Positions 12,271 to 24,489 of a DNA stretch of 64,000 nt are shown piece after piece. The notes under the pieces were generated by a model. The model saw nothing but the letters and a program-made list of their open reading frames with translations, was not told the origin of the DNA and searched no databases. Positions within the stretch are counted from its first letter, which is position 1. Every line of letters begins with the position of its first letter. The stretch is taken from assembly GCA_976226885.1 (NCBI GenBank), contig OZ320321.1:40734001-40798000 (forward strand), given 5' to 3'. The stretch comes from Iphione sp. A-MEVVRFRX5 (Eukaryota). Position numbers and translations under genes: made by a program.

Positions 12271-12559
12271 AGGGCATACTGTAACTGAACGTCTCTGAAA
12301 TGTTATTTATTGTGAAACGCCACGAGGGTACAAGTAAATAAACTGGACAGAAAATCCAAATAAAGAGGTTCTTGCATTTGCACCAGAACCTAAATGTGAT
12401 AGCTTTGTAGATCTTTCTTCCTGACGAGACCTACTACCTTAGAAGGAAAGCCGACATAGATGATAGACCTACAAACACGCTACATAGAGAGAGCGGTAGG
12501 AAACTAATTGAATCAAACTCTACCTAATCAACTTCTTTTTTAACAGTGAACAACTGCAG

Positions 12560-13060
12560 CCTGTATATCACCTGGTTCCTCATTGATACGCGTCCGCCTT
12601 GGATTGTGATTGCCATCCCTAACAATCCCTTTGTGTATCATTAATGAGAAGTAAGCTAGGATCAGGTATCGACGCCAGAGTCGTAATAAACTCCAATTGT
12701 TAAATAAAGCCTCTTGTTGTTTATGTAAGTCACCTTTCACTTTTTTAACATTTTCTCAGGTTGTGAATACCAGAGGGTCCCTATAGATAAGACTCCTGAA
12801 TCCATACACATGACTATTAATGATGCTCTCGGGATATTTTTACAAGGGTACCTACCATACATCATGCACAGATGATTACCTTTAGTATGAACGTATGCCT
12901 GCATCAGCTTATCCTCCAATAGCATTTGGATAAACAACCTTAATGATATTGAATTATTTCTAAGCATTTTTAAAGTATGATTACATCTATCATCATTCAC
13001 ACTGTTACATGACACACTGGTCATGATTGGCGGAGGACAGAACCTATGATACTCCAGAGA
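12560..13060 (-). pseudogene. Possible SGNH-esterase-type LINE ORF1 remnant
   Basis: EALFNNWSLL…VRDGNHNPRRTR resembles the FxxNW…RDGxHL terminal motif; heavily decayed. Confidence 0.35.
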
Positions 13061-14489
13061 TTCGGGGGGCTGTAAGCTTCCAATAAGACCTGGGGAGTGT
13101 TTATTGCCCTTCAGATATTGGTCACACAACTATGAGTGGAGATTTGACACGTAACAATTATTGATATTAACCATGTAATATCCAGACGTCAAAGAATGGA
13201 GGCTGTCTTTCTGCACTGACAGATGGTCAGTATGTCGGGTGGCTAGAGGCACGAAATAATGAGATATTGGCTCACCTTAGCCAGAGGTCCCTCGAAGCGT
13301 ACCTACAGAATATTGTCGTGTCCACTCCGCAGTAATGACTTGACGGCCGAGTAGATAAATGACGTTTACTTGTTGAGAACAAGATATGAACTTGCCCAAA
13401 TTCCCTTTGCCTTCCTATCTTTATCTAAGAAATCATAAGGCAGGTGGCGTACTTCAATATGACACAAACTCCGGCGGAGGTTTCCACCGTAGCTCTCTTT
13501 AGTAAACAGTATACAGAAAGGATCCAGTCATCGACAGGTTGTCCAACAGACTATTTTAATTTTCAACTTTTCAAATCAATGGAGCACTGGTGTGGTCAAA
13601 ATATTGCCTCCTAAGACAAAGAACTGGTCAGTCCAGTGAATTATTCCTATAGTACAACTCCTTGCGCACTGCACAGGGTGAAAAACGCCGTTTTTGGCGA
13701 AAACTTGGAATAAAAATATCATTATTCCTCTCGTCCCTTTCTTCAGTTTGGTGAGTTCCTACATAGGAGCACCAGTTTATGAGGAAAGGATCCCAACACA
13801 TCAGAGACCATCTCACATATTTTAGTCACATTATTCGTACTTTCTCCTCAGTTGTGGAGCTGTTTACAGTGTGAAGTGGCCACTACTTACTAATTCAAAC
13901 TAAATTCAATGTAATCCCTCATCATAAACTTGCTGCTTTTTTCTAACAAGATCCCTTGGAAATTGTTAGATTCATTTTGTTTATTGCTAGGACATTTCTG
14001 TCCAGAAACAACATCCGTTTTTCCTTGCCATTAAATCGCCTACTCTAGTCCCTATTTTGCTCAACACATCTTATGCTGCCAGTTGCAATGCAGAATCTCA
14101 TAAAAGAGGGGCCAGTTTATTGATTAGGCTCCTAGATGGGACCACCCTTATCCGTATTTGCCTCTATATCCTGGCTACAATGTGGCTCATAGCATATTAA
14201 GCAGATTCCCATCTTTCCATGTTTGAGATTCAGTTCCCCGCTTTAATGATGAAGTCACATATGCCCGCCTTTGATCACATATCAACTTACATCCATCCCT
14301 AACAATTTCACTACAACCTTCCTATTATTTCAAATTTCTGATGTACATACATTATAACACTCACGGCCGAACTGTCTCTATATAAGAGTCTATACCAAAG
14401 TGATGTTTTGGTCGGGGGGACCAAAGTACAGGTGAGAAACATTTAAGGTGTAGGCCTAATATTATTGGCTTCACAATATTCAAAATGGT

Positions 14490-15600
14490 GTACCCATGAC
14501 AACTTTATTCATAATTTGCAGGCATTGGGTCTGCTGCCGGAAGAAAAGCATTCCAGGACAAGGAAAGGGGGGAGTGAGAAGGTTGATGGTCAAAAGGCCA
14601 AGGTCAACCCACTTTGCTAGTTCACTGCGATATAGAGCAGTAACACTGTGGAACTCACTTCCAATTGCAGCAAAAAATGCAGCCAAACTACCTCATGCTG
14701 TTCTCTATACGGTCAGGTAGTACACTAGGCGTTGACTTTGCACAGTGTGTCAGAGCTGCTGAAAACAGTCGGAACAGAAATTCGCTGGGTGAGTGACACT
14801 AATAATGCACACCTTTTTGGTAGAGTATTTGACATCTGTGCTTGGAGAATTGTCGGTTGTCTTCAGAGTTCCGTTGTTGTGGCTGCAAAGAATGGAATAT
14901 ATGTGTGGAGGTTATGTATGTGTATGAAATTGTTTGTTGTGTGAAAGGACTTATGAAGATGTGGTACCTCAGCACAGTCTCCTAGTGTACTGCTAGCTGA
15001 TAGTTCAAAGTGTCCAGTAGACTGTATGATATCGCACAGTAATGCTTGGTGTAAAGTGTATGAATGAGCATGCTAGCAGACCTGAACATGTATGTATAGT
15101 ATGGATGAATGAAGCGTGGCTCCTGGATTGATATGTACCCATATGGCGCAAGGTAGCTTTGTAAAATGCACGGTGGAGCATTTGTGATTTCAAAAACCGA
15201 GACAGCAATGTTGAGTCTCATATTGCCATTGTGTCTGATTGGACGCACTCTGGTTCAATACTGCCACAATATAATTAAAGGCAACTACACTGTGATCATG
15301 CATAATTGTGATCAACAAAGACGTGAAATTTTCTTTCTGTGCAATAGATCACCCGAGCAATAATGTTTTATATCGCAACATTCACCAGTGGTTATACATC
15401 ACCTGCCTGTGAAATAGACTGTTGTATCAATGACGCTTACACCTACTACTTTTATCTCATGCTGCTATACACTGATGTCTTTTCTTTTATAATTATACAA
15501 TTGTTTTTATAAATTAATGCAATATATCTCATATTTATGTGAAAAGCTCTGTACCATTTTATCGGAGACATAAATAAAAGCAATTCAATTCAATTCAATT
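14490..15600 (+). mobile_element. LINE 3'-end remnant with (CAATT)n tail
   Basis: LMVKRPRSTHFASSLRYRAVTLWNSLP (~14580-14670); AATAAA 15573-15578 followed by (CAATT)4 at 15581-15600. Continuity between the two pieces is uncertain. Confidence 0.6.
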
Positions 15601-15784
15601 TTGGCACGTTAATTCAAAGTGCACTTTAAAAACATTCACCAGCTAAACCTAAATACAAATTACGTAGAAATATAGAAATACCAGCATAAATACATATAAA
15701 ATGCAAGTAGAAAACAAATATGGCAACAATATGTCTACAGAGTGGTTCAGTAATATACGTCATTCCAATCAAAAGATTCCCAGA

Positions 15785-16073
15785 TTAGTCCAGAAGGTTT
15801 AACCCTGAGGGAATAGCCATTTTCAGTTAGTGTATTCATCTCCTCCCTGCAAGTTCCCTTAACTTATGGTATTTCATTGTGGGTGGGTTTTTGAGGAACT
15901 TAAATACTGAGATGGAGATTTTGTTCCATTCCTGTTTGTCGGGTGTAGGGCAGTTGTTTACTGTTGTGTCTGCATTGTGCTGAATGTCACGTTTGTGGTT
16001 GCTGAAGTGCTCTTGTATTGTCTGTTGAGTCTGCCCCATGTATTTGATGCCACAGTTTGTGCAAGTTATAATA
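15785..16073 (-). pseudogene. Penelope-like element, C-terminal half of the GIY-YIG endonuclease
   Basis: IITCTNCGIKYMGQTQQTIQEHFSNHKRDIQH … then the terminal WIxxLxxxxPxGLN-type motif (AIPSGLNLLD*). Confidence 0.85.
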
Positions 16074-16269
16074 AATGTGGCAGCTAAGGGGGAGTGACCC
16101 CTTAGATGAGTAGAACTGAGCAGGGTAGCCTAAGGGAGGCGGCACCTCCTAAGGTAGGGGACTTCAGTAGAGCCACCTTGTGAGGTGGGCTGGTACCAGT
16201 GTGAGGGCAGGGGGGGGGGTCTCAGGCCTCCTCAGGCACTAGCAGCTGTGCAGTCAGTAGAGAAGATGA

Positions 16270-16608
16270 GACCCAGGTCTGAGAGGAGATTTTCTCCTGT
16301 GTCTAGTATTGCAGTAATTCTTTTTATGGAGAACAGTAACACCTGCCTCACCAGGCACCTCCCTCCTGTAGACAGAGACTGTGACCCAGGTCTGAGAGGA
16401 GATTTTCTCCCGTGTCTAGTATTGCAGCAATTCTTTTTATGGAGAACAGTAACACCTGCCTCACCAGGCACCTCCCTCCTGTAGACAGAGACTGTGACCC
16501 AGGTCTGAGAGGAGATTTTCTCCCGTGTCTAGTATTGCAGCAATTCTTTTTATGGAGAACTGTAACAGCTGCCTGAACAAACACCTCCCTCCTGTAGACA
16601 GAGACTGT
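16270..16608 (+). repeat. 3 x 113-bp tandem repeat in the leader of the DIRS-like element
   Basis: Units start at 16270, 16383 and 16496; units 1 and 2 are nearly identical. Confidence 0.95.
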
Positions 16609-16620
16609 TAGGCCAGCAGA

Positions 16621-19072
16621 ATGGAGGAAGAGGTCCAGGAAGAGCCCACCGAGGTCTCTACTAGGAGGAAACAAATAGGGGCCAAGGACCCAAGGAGACC
16701 AAAGGCCCAAAGGGCTCGGAGGCAGACTCCAACAACTGCACAAGGAAGCAGAGGAGTTGGCTAGGCAGGAAGAAGGAGAGATTGAGGCCTTGGAGAGGTG
16801 GATACAACAGAAGAAGAAGAAGAAGAAGGAGGGAGAGGAAACACTTTGTTTGAGGGTGGGCAATCCTGCATCCCTGACTATGCACAAGGCATCCCTGACA
16901 AATGGGACTACCCAGCATCAGTTGAACATGACAGGTGTGGCCGAACTAGGTAGCTTCAGTGTAACTGCCAGGAACCAGCTCGGGATAATGGCAGGTACCT
17001 CACTACAAGGCTGAGGCCTCCTCGTGACTGCCAGGAATCAGCTCAGGATGACAGAAGGTACCTGGCTACAAGGCAGCATCCTCAGCATGACCACTGGGAA
17101 CCAGCTCGGTGCAATGGTGGGCACCCCACTACAAGGCAGCAGCCTCGGTGTGACCGCTGGGAACCAACCCAGGATGACAGCAGGTACCTCGCTACTAGGC
17201 AGCAGCCTCTGTGTGAGTGCCAGGAACCAGCCTCAGACAATGGCAGGCACCTACCTGCTAGGCAGCAGCCTTAGGGTGATCACTGGAAACCAGCTTGGGG
17301 GCAACGACGGGTACCATTCTACAAGGCAGTGGCCTCTGGGCAACCATGAACATACAGCAGGCAGCAGTCATCCAGTGTCTTCTCCAGAGCCTGGCAGGAC
17401 AATCCTTAGGGACCCAGGACAGCCAATACCAGCAGGTCCTGCAGGCCGCAGTGGGGGCAATCCAGGCCACAGGTCAGGGCCCATAACTAAGTGCCCTGGC
17501 AGGGGGGGGGGGGGGGGAAGGACCCTGTCCCTATTGCCATGTGTATACCTTGCCAGGAGGAGAAGGACAAAAAGAAGGCTCCCCACTGGATGAGGCTAGA
17601 CAGGTACATTAGGGGTAGGTCCCATGAGGAACTGACTTATAGGGAGCTAATCTATGGGTCAGTGGCAGCTACCCTGGTCAGAGCTAAGAGGGATGTGGGC
17701 CCCTATCTTGAACACCTCAGGTACCTAACCGTCCATAGAAATTTCATTCATATATGACCGATTTTTGAGTAGCAATAATATATTCCTTATGTTTACAGTT
17801 AATTGATTCCTTATTAGTGAAAAATAATGGATATGTCATGTGTTTCTTCTTTCTAACACAAAAGTTGGAAAATACCCCAAGAAATCTATTCAAAACAACA
17901 GTAGGCAGCAACCGCGGGTATTCTGGTCTCTCAATTCTCATCAATAGATGTAGTATGCTACCCCAGGAGGATATGGAACAGCCCTGCCATGTGATTGTGA
18001 ATATCTAGTTCCTGGTTAAAGAGACAATGAAATGAAATGAAAATGACATTGTTTTACCATAGAGAAGCAGTCACATGACCTGTAAGAACCTCAAAATTTA
18101 GTGTCTTTACATATCTTTGTAGACAGAACAAAACAAATATACCCTAAAACTTCAGATAATTGATAAGATAATGTTATTGTCTAAAATTATCTCATGAAAC
18201 ATAGGAGTGTTTATCCCTATAGTGTTCTCCATACAATTATGATTTTTTTTCTATTTTATTTATATCCCATGATGCATCAAATATGCATCAGTGATGCTTA
18301 TGCATTTAGTTTGCACAAAATATGTATACTTACAGGACATGGCAAAATGTGTTTCAACTCACACACTAGGAAAAATTGGGCATCAAAATACTGAAAATCG
18401 CCTGCTGTACACTTTCTTAATTAGACATTTTCTTCTTGGAACAATTTTTGTCAATGTTTACCTTCCAGTTATGTAGATTAGGCTAAATTATATGTAAATT
18501 TTCTAAATTATATCTTACTTTCGGTCCTGTCTTGTTGCCATGGCAACTAAATAAAATGAAAGGATGATATTTCAAAAAAAACATGCAATCCATAATCTTT
18601 CATGTGACATATACCATTCCAGTGCATCTCTTGTATTAAACCCTACAACTAAGTATGATAAAATAAAGTACAGTCACCTATTCAAAACTATCATTTTTGT
18701 CAGTCAGGAAGGGGGAATGACTTCCCCTCAGAACACTTGGCTAAGTATGAGAATTTTGTGACAACAAAGGTTATGTATGGTATCATTCCTAAACATGTGG
18801 CTGCTGATAGGGAAGGGGACTACACCTTCTTGGGTCAAGAGCACACCACAGGGGTGAGGAACCTGTTAAAAAAGAGTAAGCCCCCACAAAAACAGCAGAA
18901 AGGGAATTGGGTAAATGTTCCACAGGATGTGTGTGGTAAATGGAATTTTTTTAAATTTCAGGGACAATGCAGTAGGAAACATGTCTGTGCAGTATGCAAA
19001 GGGACCCACAAAGGGAAATGGTGCAAAGACAGGGGGTCCAAGAAGAAAGATCCAGGGACTCCCAAGGAATAG
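16621..19072 (+). pseudogene. gag-like ORF1 of the DIRS-like element, frameshifted and split by an insertion at ~17731-18742
   Basis: Coiled-coil LQQLHKEAEELARQEEGEIEALERWIQQKKK; six 63-bp (21-aa) repeats at 16961-17340; ELTYRELIYG…GPYLEHLRYLT | AKYENF…; C-terminal CGKWNFFKxQGQCSRKHVCAVCKGTHKGKWC Cys/His finger typical of DIRS/Ngaro ORF1. Confidence 0.7.
17731..18742. mobile_element. AT-rich non-coding insertion (non-autonomous element of unresolved family) inside gag
   Basis: Abrupt composition change; gag reads through when it is removed; contains GTTGCCATGGCAAC and a terminal hairpin GGGGAA-TGAC-TTCCCC; no TIR or TSD identified. Confidence 0.6.
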
Positions 19073-19775
19073 CAACCAATCAATGGGGGCCCTAACAGGG
19101 AGTGGTCCCAGCGTATGGTTGGGGGCGTCCCATCCCCCCCCAAACCCAGAGGCCTGGGAGAAGCTACTGTGCCTGGGGGGCCATAGAGACATAGATGCAG
19201 ATTACCTTCTAGAGGGGGGCTGCTGGGGTTTTAAGGTGATTGATGAGGGAGCCGACCCAGCCACTTACGAATGCAGGAAGTACAGGTCGGCACTGGGGGA
19301 CATTAGAGCAAGGGACGTTGTGTAAGGCACCCTGGTGAAGTGCATTGAGCTAGGAAAGATATCCATGGTGGGCAGGTGCCCATGCAATGTCCATGCCCTG
19401 GGGGTGGTCTCAAACGATGGGGACTCATATAGGATCATATGAGACTGCAGTAGGCCCCTGGCGACTGAACAGCCATATGTCAGAGACCTCACCCCCATTT
19501 AGGTAGAAACAGTGATGGAGTTTATCAGGCAGGGGGATTATATGGTGCTCAATGACCAAGGGAATGCTTACAGGGTGGTCCCCATCAGACCTGAAGACAG
19601 AACCCATATGGGGATGGCTTGGGTGTTTGAGGATGACCAGGTGACCTACATGGTAGACAACTTCCTGTGTTCTGGGACCAAAGTGGCCCCAAGCATATTC
19701 ACTAGGCTGTCGAATGCTGTCATTAGGGTGATGGAGAACCTGGGCTTAAAGAATGTGGTTAACTATTGTTACAGT
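19073..19775 (+). pseudogene. DIRS-type reverse transcriptase N-half, truncated immediately before YLDD
   Basis: NVHALGVV…YRIIxDCSRP…FIRQGDYMVLNDQGNAYRVVPIRPEDRTHMG…YMVDNFLCSGTKVAPSIFTRLSNAVIRVM…NVVNY, then unrelated sequence. Confidence 0.85.
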
Positions 19776-20045
19776 CATTGCAAATACTAATCAGATAAGT
19801 AGAAATAAAATACAGTACAACAGAGAATATGAAATGGCTGCATCTTAATACAACAATTGTTTAGGCATGGAGTTTCCTGAGACTTAAGTAAGCAGTACAA
19901 CATTCATCTCATAAAGTCAGTCTCTAGAGACTAATACAACATGTCAAAGTTGTTAATATAGATAATGTGAGAAATACTCCAATGGAGGCAATTAGGCTAT
20001 TACGCCGAGCCAACATGTTGTTTTAACTTGTCTACAGCCTGCTTG

Positions 20046-21288
20046 CTAGATATGGCCATACTGGTATATATCAAGGCACTGGGAAGGGCCTTCCATGTAC
20101 CCTGAGACATCTGAGACGTCAGCATTCTGGAGTGCCTGGGCTACACCTCTTCTGACGTTATGAAGGGTAAATGTCAGGAGAATATATCCTAGGTGCTTCA
20201 GTATGGACCGGAGGACTTTGGTGATATGGGATACAGGGAATGGGCCATGACGGACAGGATCGTTGAAGAGAGGCTGGTCTTGGTCCTTAGTTGGGATGAG
20301 ATTGAGCATTTTATGCAGAAGAGTGACAGGACAGAAATTGTTGGCAAGGAAAGGGAGGAAAATCGTTCTGGGGGCGTCCTTTTTTAATAGTTTTGGACCA
20401 TTTGATCTGAAAGGAGGCCCCTTCATCATGGAGGTGCAAGTCTTCCCGACTAAGTTACTTTGTCGTGTTGAAAGATATCAGTGAATTGGTGCACACGTTA
20501 CTTTGTCTAACCAGAGAAAAGAAAAGGAAAGAGAAGAGTGATTGTAGACATACACCAAGAGGACCTAGCCTGGCACAGTATTGAATGATTTCTTGTAGGA
20601 TGGTCAGGGTAATGGGCTCTTTGGGGAATGTGTTGTGGTTGGCTGTTAGTCGGACAGCTTTTAATGAAGCTGACACTTGTTTGTCGTTGATGCTGACTGT
20701 GTCGAATTTGCATTGGGTTAGGATGAAGCGGAGTGAAGAAATGTATTGAGATATAACCTGGGGATGTATTCTAATGAGACGAGATATTCAATGTATACGA
20801 GGACGTTTATGAGAGAGAGGTGTCGGATGTCCATATGGAACTTATGGAAGAAGGCTATGGCGAGGGCAGCTTGCATCCGTCTCTCATTGGTTCGGGCCGT
20901 AATGGCTTGAAACTGCCTTCTTACTGCCGCGACGTGCCATGCCTGCAGGGAGGGATCGACAGACTTGAGAGCCTCCGGATACATATTGGTGAGTATCTCC
21001 CCTTGATTTGTGTGGCAGCTTCAGCTTTGAGAGCTGCTAGCTTGGGTGGTAGTGGCGAGGTGGTGTAGCAATCATGGGAGCTGCTTGGTGTGGGCGCCGG
21101 CTGGTCTATGGGCGACTGGTCAGCCATTTTGGCCACTGCGTTGGCGTGGACTGGGTCTTCTTGCCTTTTTTAGGTTGGCCTTGGTCTTGAATTTGGTCCA
21201 GATGAGTCTCAAAGCCTTTAATCTTCTCAATTAGTTGCTTCAGGAGCTCTTCTCTATCTGTTCTAATAGTGGCCTGTGCATTGGTCAT
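20046..21288 (-). pseudogene. Tyrosine recombinase (DIRS/Ngaro type), frameshifted
   Basis: FFSLVRQSN (Arg I), IKWSKT, FCPV, TLHNVRRG (HxxR), QGTWK and a terminal Tyr. An N-terminal core-binding-like region is preceded by its own start region (MTNAQ…), not by RNase H. Confidence 0.85.
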
Positions 21289-21603
21289 ATCGCCGGTCAG
21301 CGGTCAGCAGTTGCACTATGAAAACAACACCATGAGTGGGGAGCGCTACCTGGCAGTGTCTATATATAGACAGTATAGGTACCAGTTGAGCCTGCAGAGA
21401 GGGACACTACCCTTCACAATACCATACGATTCCCCTACGGGAATAGTCAACCTATCTTGACGATTTTCTGGTACATGCGAGGACAGAGGGGACCTGCAGG
21501 AAAGTCCAACTGACCCTACATAGGGTCCTTCGGTGCCTGGGATTCCATATATCCTTCAAGAAGGTTAGGTCCCCAACTAGAGTCATGAGGTATTTGGGCC
21601 TGC

Positions 21604-23200
21604 TTGTGTAAGTTATAATATATATAAGATTTTGCTTCAGCAGGTGATGTTGCAATAAGTGTTTATTTCCTTTTCAGTTGTCTTGCATCTTGTTTTGCCA
21701 CTTTTTAAAAGTTTTGGACAGTATTTGCATGTTATTTTTGACCTGCAATTGTTTCTTTCTTTTTCGGCACATGATTGTGTGATGGCTTTTGTTTCATTGG
21801 GGAGTATGCTCTCACTGGTAAGTCTGACAGATTTTTGTTGCATCAATTGCCAAAGATAATTTGTGTTTCATTGAGGAATTTAACTTCTTAACTTTTTGTT
21901 CTTAACTGTTCTTAACTTTTTGTAGGTCACCCCAATGTTGTTGTACAATTTGTTTCAATGGAGGATTAGCAGGTTTTGATCCACTATAAGATACAGTGGT
22001 TGATCACTCCTGTCAGGCTTTGACTCCTTCAGTGTCTTTGCAGGTTTCGTTTGCAGCAGTGCTTTTCTTTGAGTCACTGTATATTTCTCCATTGTCTGCA
22101 ATGTTGACAGTTTACATGTAGTGTCTAGAAAGTTTATAGATTTGTATGAGTGTTTTAATGTGAACTTGATTTAATGTGAACTGAATTTAGGTGGTGCTTG
22201 AAAGCAAGTAGTTCCTTTTCACCATGTTCCCACAGAACGAACACATCATCTATGTACCTTACCCACAGGAGTGGCTGTTTAGGGTAGGTATAGACATGTT
22301 CTTCTTCAAATTGACTCATGAAGAGGTTGGCACAGGATGGGGCTAGCCTGGTTCCCATAGCTGTGCCTCCTACCTGCAGGTAGTGCTTGCCATTGAACTC
22401 AAAGTTGTTACAGGTTAGGACTATCCCAAGTACTTTTAGGATAGAGATATTAGTGGGGTTTTCTCCTGGGTAAGGATGGTGTGGCAGCATAAGGCTTGTG
22501 TCATCCTTGGGAGGCCTTCCAGTATGTTTATGAAGTGTGCTGTATCTTAGCAGGGGTATCAGAGGGTTTATAATTGTATCTACTAATTGTGAAATTTTCT
22601 TGGTGGGGCAGTCATTGACAGAGATAATTGGTCTGCCTAAGAGTGGGGTCGCATTCTTGTGAATCTTTGGTGGAAGATAGAAGAGTGCTGTGTGGTCAAT
22701 CTTAGTGGTGAAGTATTTGTACCCTTGTTCACTTATTTCCTTCTGGTTTCTCAATGCTGTTACCATTTCTCTGACCGGTTTTGCATGGTTCATGGTCAGG
22801 TCAGATTTGAATTTTTGATAGAATTTCTTGTCACTTAATTGCTAAGACCCTCCTTAACATAGTCAGTTTTGCTTAGGATTACTACTGCTCTGCCTTTATC
22901 TGCTTTCTTGATAATTATGTCTGTTTGTCTTTGCAGTGCATGGATTGTAGCAAATTTTTCCTTTGTTAGGTTTTTCTTAGTTGGGGGGTTATTGTGGAAT
23001 TTGTCTAGGACTGAATCGATGTTAAAGAACACATGTTCTAGGATTCCTGGGCCAGGGGGGCTCCAGTTGTTTGGTATTGTTAGTCTGTGGTCATGGAATT
23101 GTGCTGGGGTTCTGTCAGCCATACTGCTGTTTTGGCCCTTCTTATTGAGTCATTTAAAACAGTTCTGGTCTAAGTGTGGAGTTTTTCTAGTCTGAGTCAT
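21604..23200 (-). mobile_element. Penelope-like element: RT and N-half of GIY-YIG, decayed with internal deletions
   Basis: NLTKEKFATIHALQRQTDIIIKKADKGRAVVIL; FYLPPKIHK…GRPIIS; NNFEFNGKHYLQVGGTAMGTRLAPSCANLFM; WVRYIDD (22256-22245); CKYCPKL…CNITC…QNLIYIIT. Confidence 0.9.
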
Positions 23201-24489
23201 CCACGATCTGGGGCCCCCAGAGTTGGGACAAACTTTAGGGCTGCAATCAAGACAGTTTTATAATCACAAAATATGTTACGACAAAAATAACAGTCAAAGT
23301 CAAATCCATTTGGGTGTTGTGGGGAAGTGCTTATGAAGGAACCACTATCAGTTAAAAGGCTAAGCACTTGGTGATCCAGATCTGTGGACAGAGTGGATAA
23401 TGATCATGTTCAAATCAGAATCTCATCTGACCTCTCGCACCTACAACAGTTCATATTTTTAACCAATGACACAGCCTTACAGTTGTAAACATTGTGTACA
23501 TCCACAATGGTGACCAAAAGATAAATTCTTTAGGAAGTCGAACGAAATGCTCTATATTTGGGTAAATTTCTATATGTTTTCATTGTCATAACAATATGGA
23601 TTTTGTGTGTTTGATGAATCCAACTATCCACTGCCCAAATCTCTTTGGTCATGATGGTTGGTTACACACATTAAACACATTGAAATCCATATCTAAGAAT
23701 TTATCCAACATATTGTAGCATTTTGCTCTAATAAAATAAGCTGGGAACAATTTTTCATTCGTGACAAAGGTCAACACCAGATGAGGAACCAGCAAAATGA
23801 AATACCTGTATTCTACTCAGGTTTCCCTACTCCTTAATACAGACCTTTTTCGCACATTCCACCATTCTAACAGCAGTAAGAGACAAACAACACGAATACG
23901 CAATTACTTCTACATGAAAGATGGAGCACTCCTTTATCTTACTCCGCACGAGCGATAGAATAGCACAATTGTCAAATTAGAGAACAGTGATCCATGCTAA
24001 ATTATGGAAACATTCCTCCTACCTCCAATGACAATATTGTACATATTAGTTATAAGAATAGACTAGAATAAAAAAGGTGTCTTGGATACCATGTGAACAA
24101 GCCACCTTTGATCTAATAAAGGGCCAGTTCCGGGCAGCATTGGCTGAATTGTGGGTCAGACGAACATTGCCACCCTAGATAACAATGTGCCATCAACAAA
24201 TCGATATAGGGTGCCATTGATTGCCTTGGTCACATTTCATTAGAAACTGATATTTGATACATAAATATAAATTCTTATAAATCAAACTAACAGCTTATTT
24301 CGGCAGCTGATGTTGGCTCGGTGGATTACCAGAGTACAGAAAGATATATAGGGATTGCCACAGCTGATACTGGACCAAAAAAGGCTTACTTACATCCTAT
24401 TCTCCAACTTCTTAAATAAAATACAAGAAAAAACACTTTACCGTACTCCTCGCCTTCAGTGCAGAAGAGACCATAAGTCATAGAACCTC

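Larger units (their letters stand above)
16074..21603. mobile_element. DIRS-like tyrosine-recombinase retroelement (gag and RT on +, YR on -), internally deleted and inserted in the PLE
   Basis: Bounded by TTGTG(C/T)AAGTTATAATA at 16057-16073 and 21604-21620; internal ORF remnants are listed separately. Confidence 0.75.
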
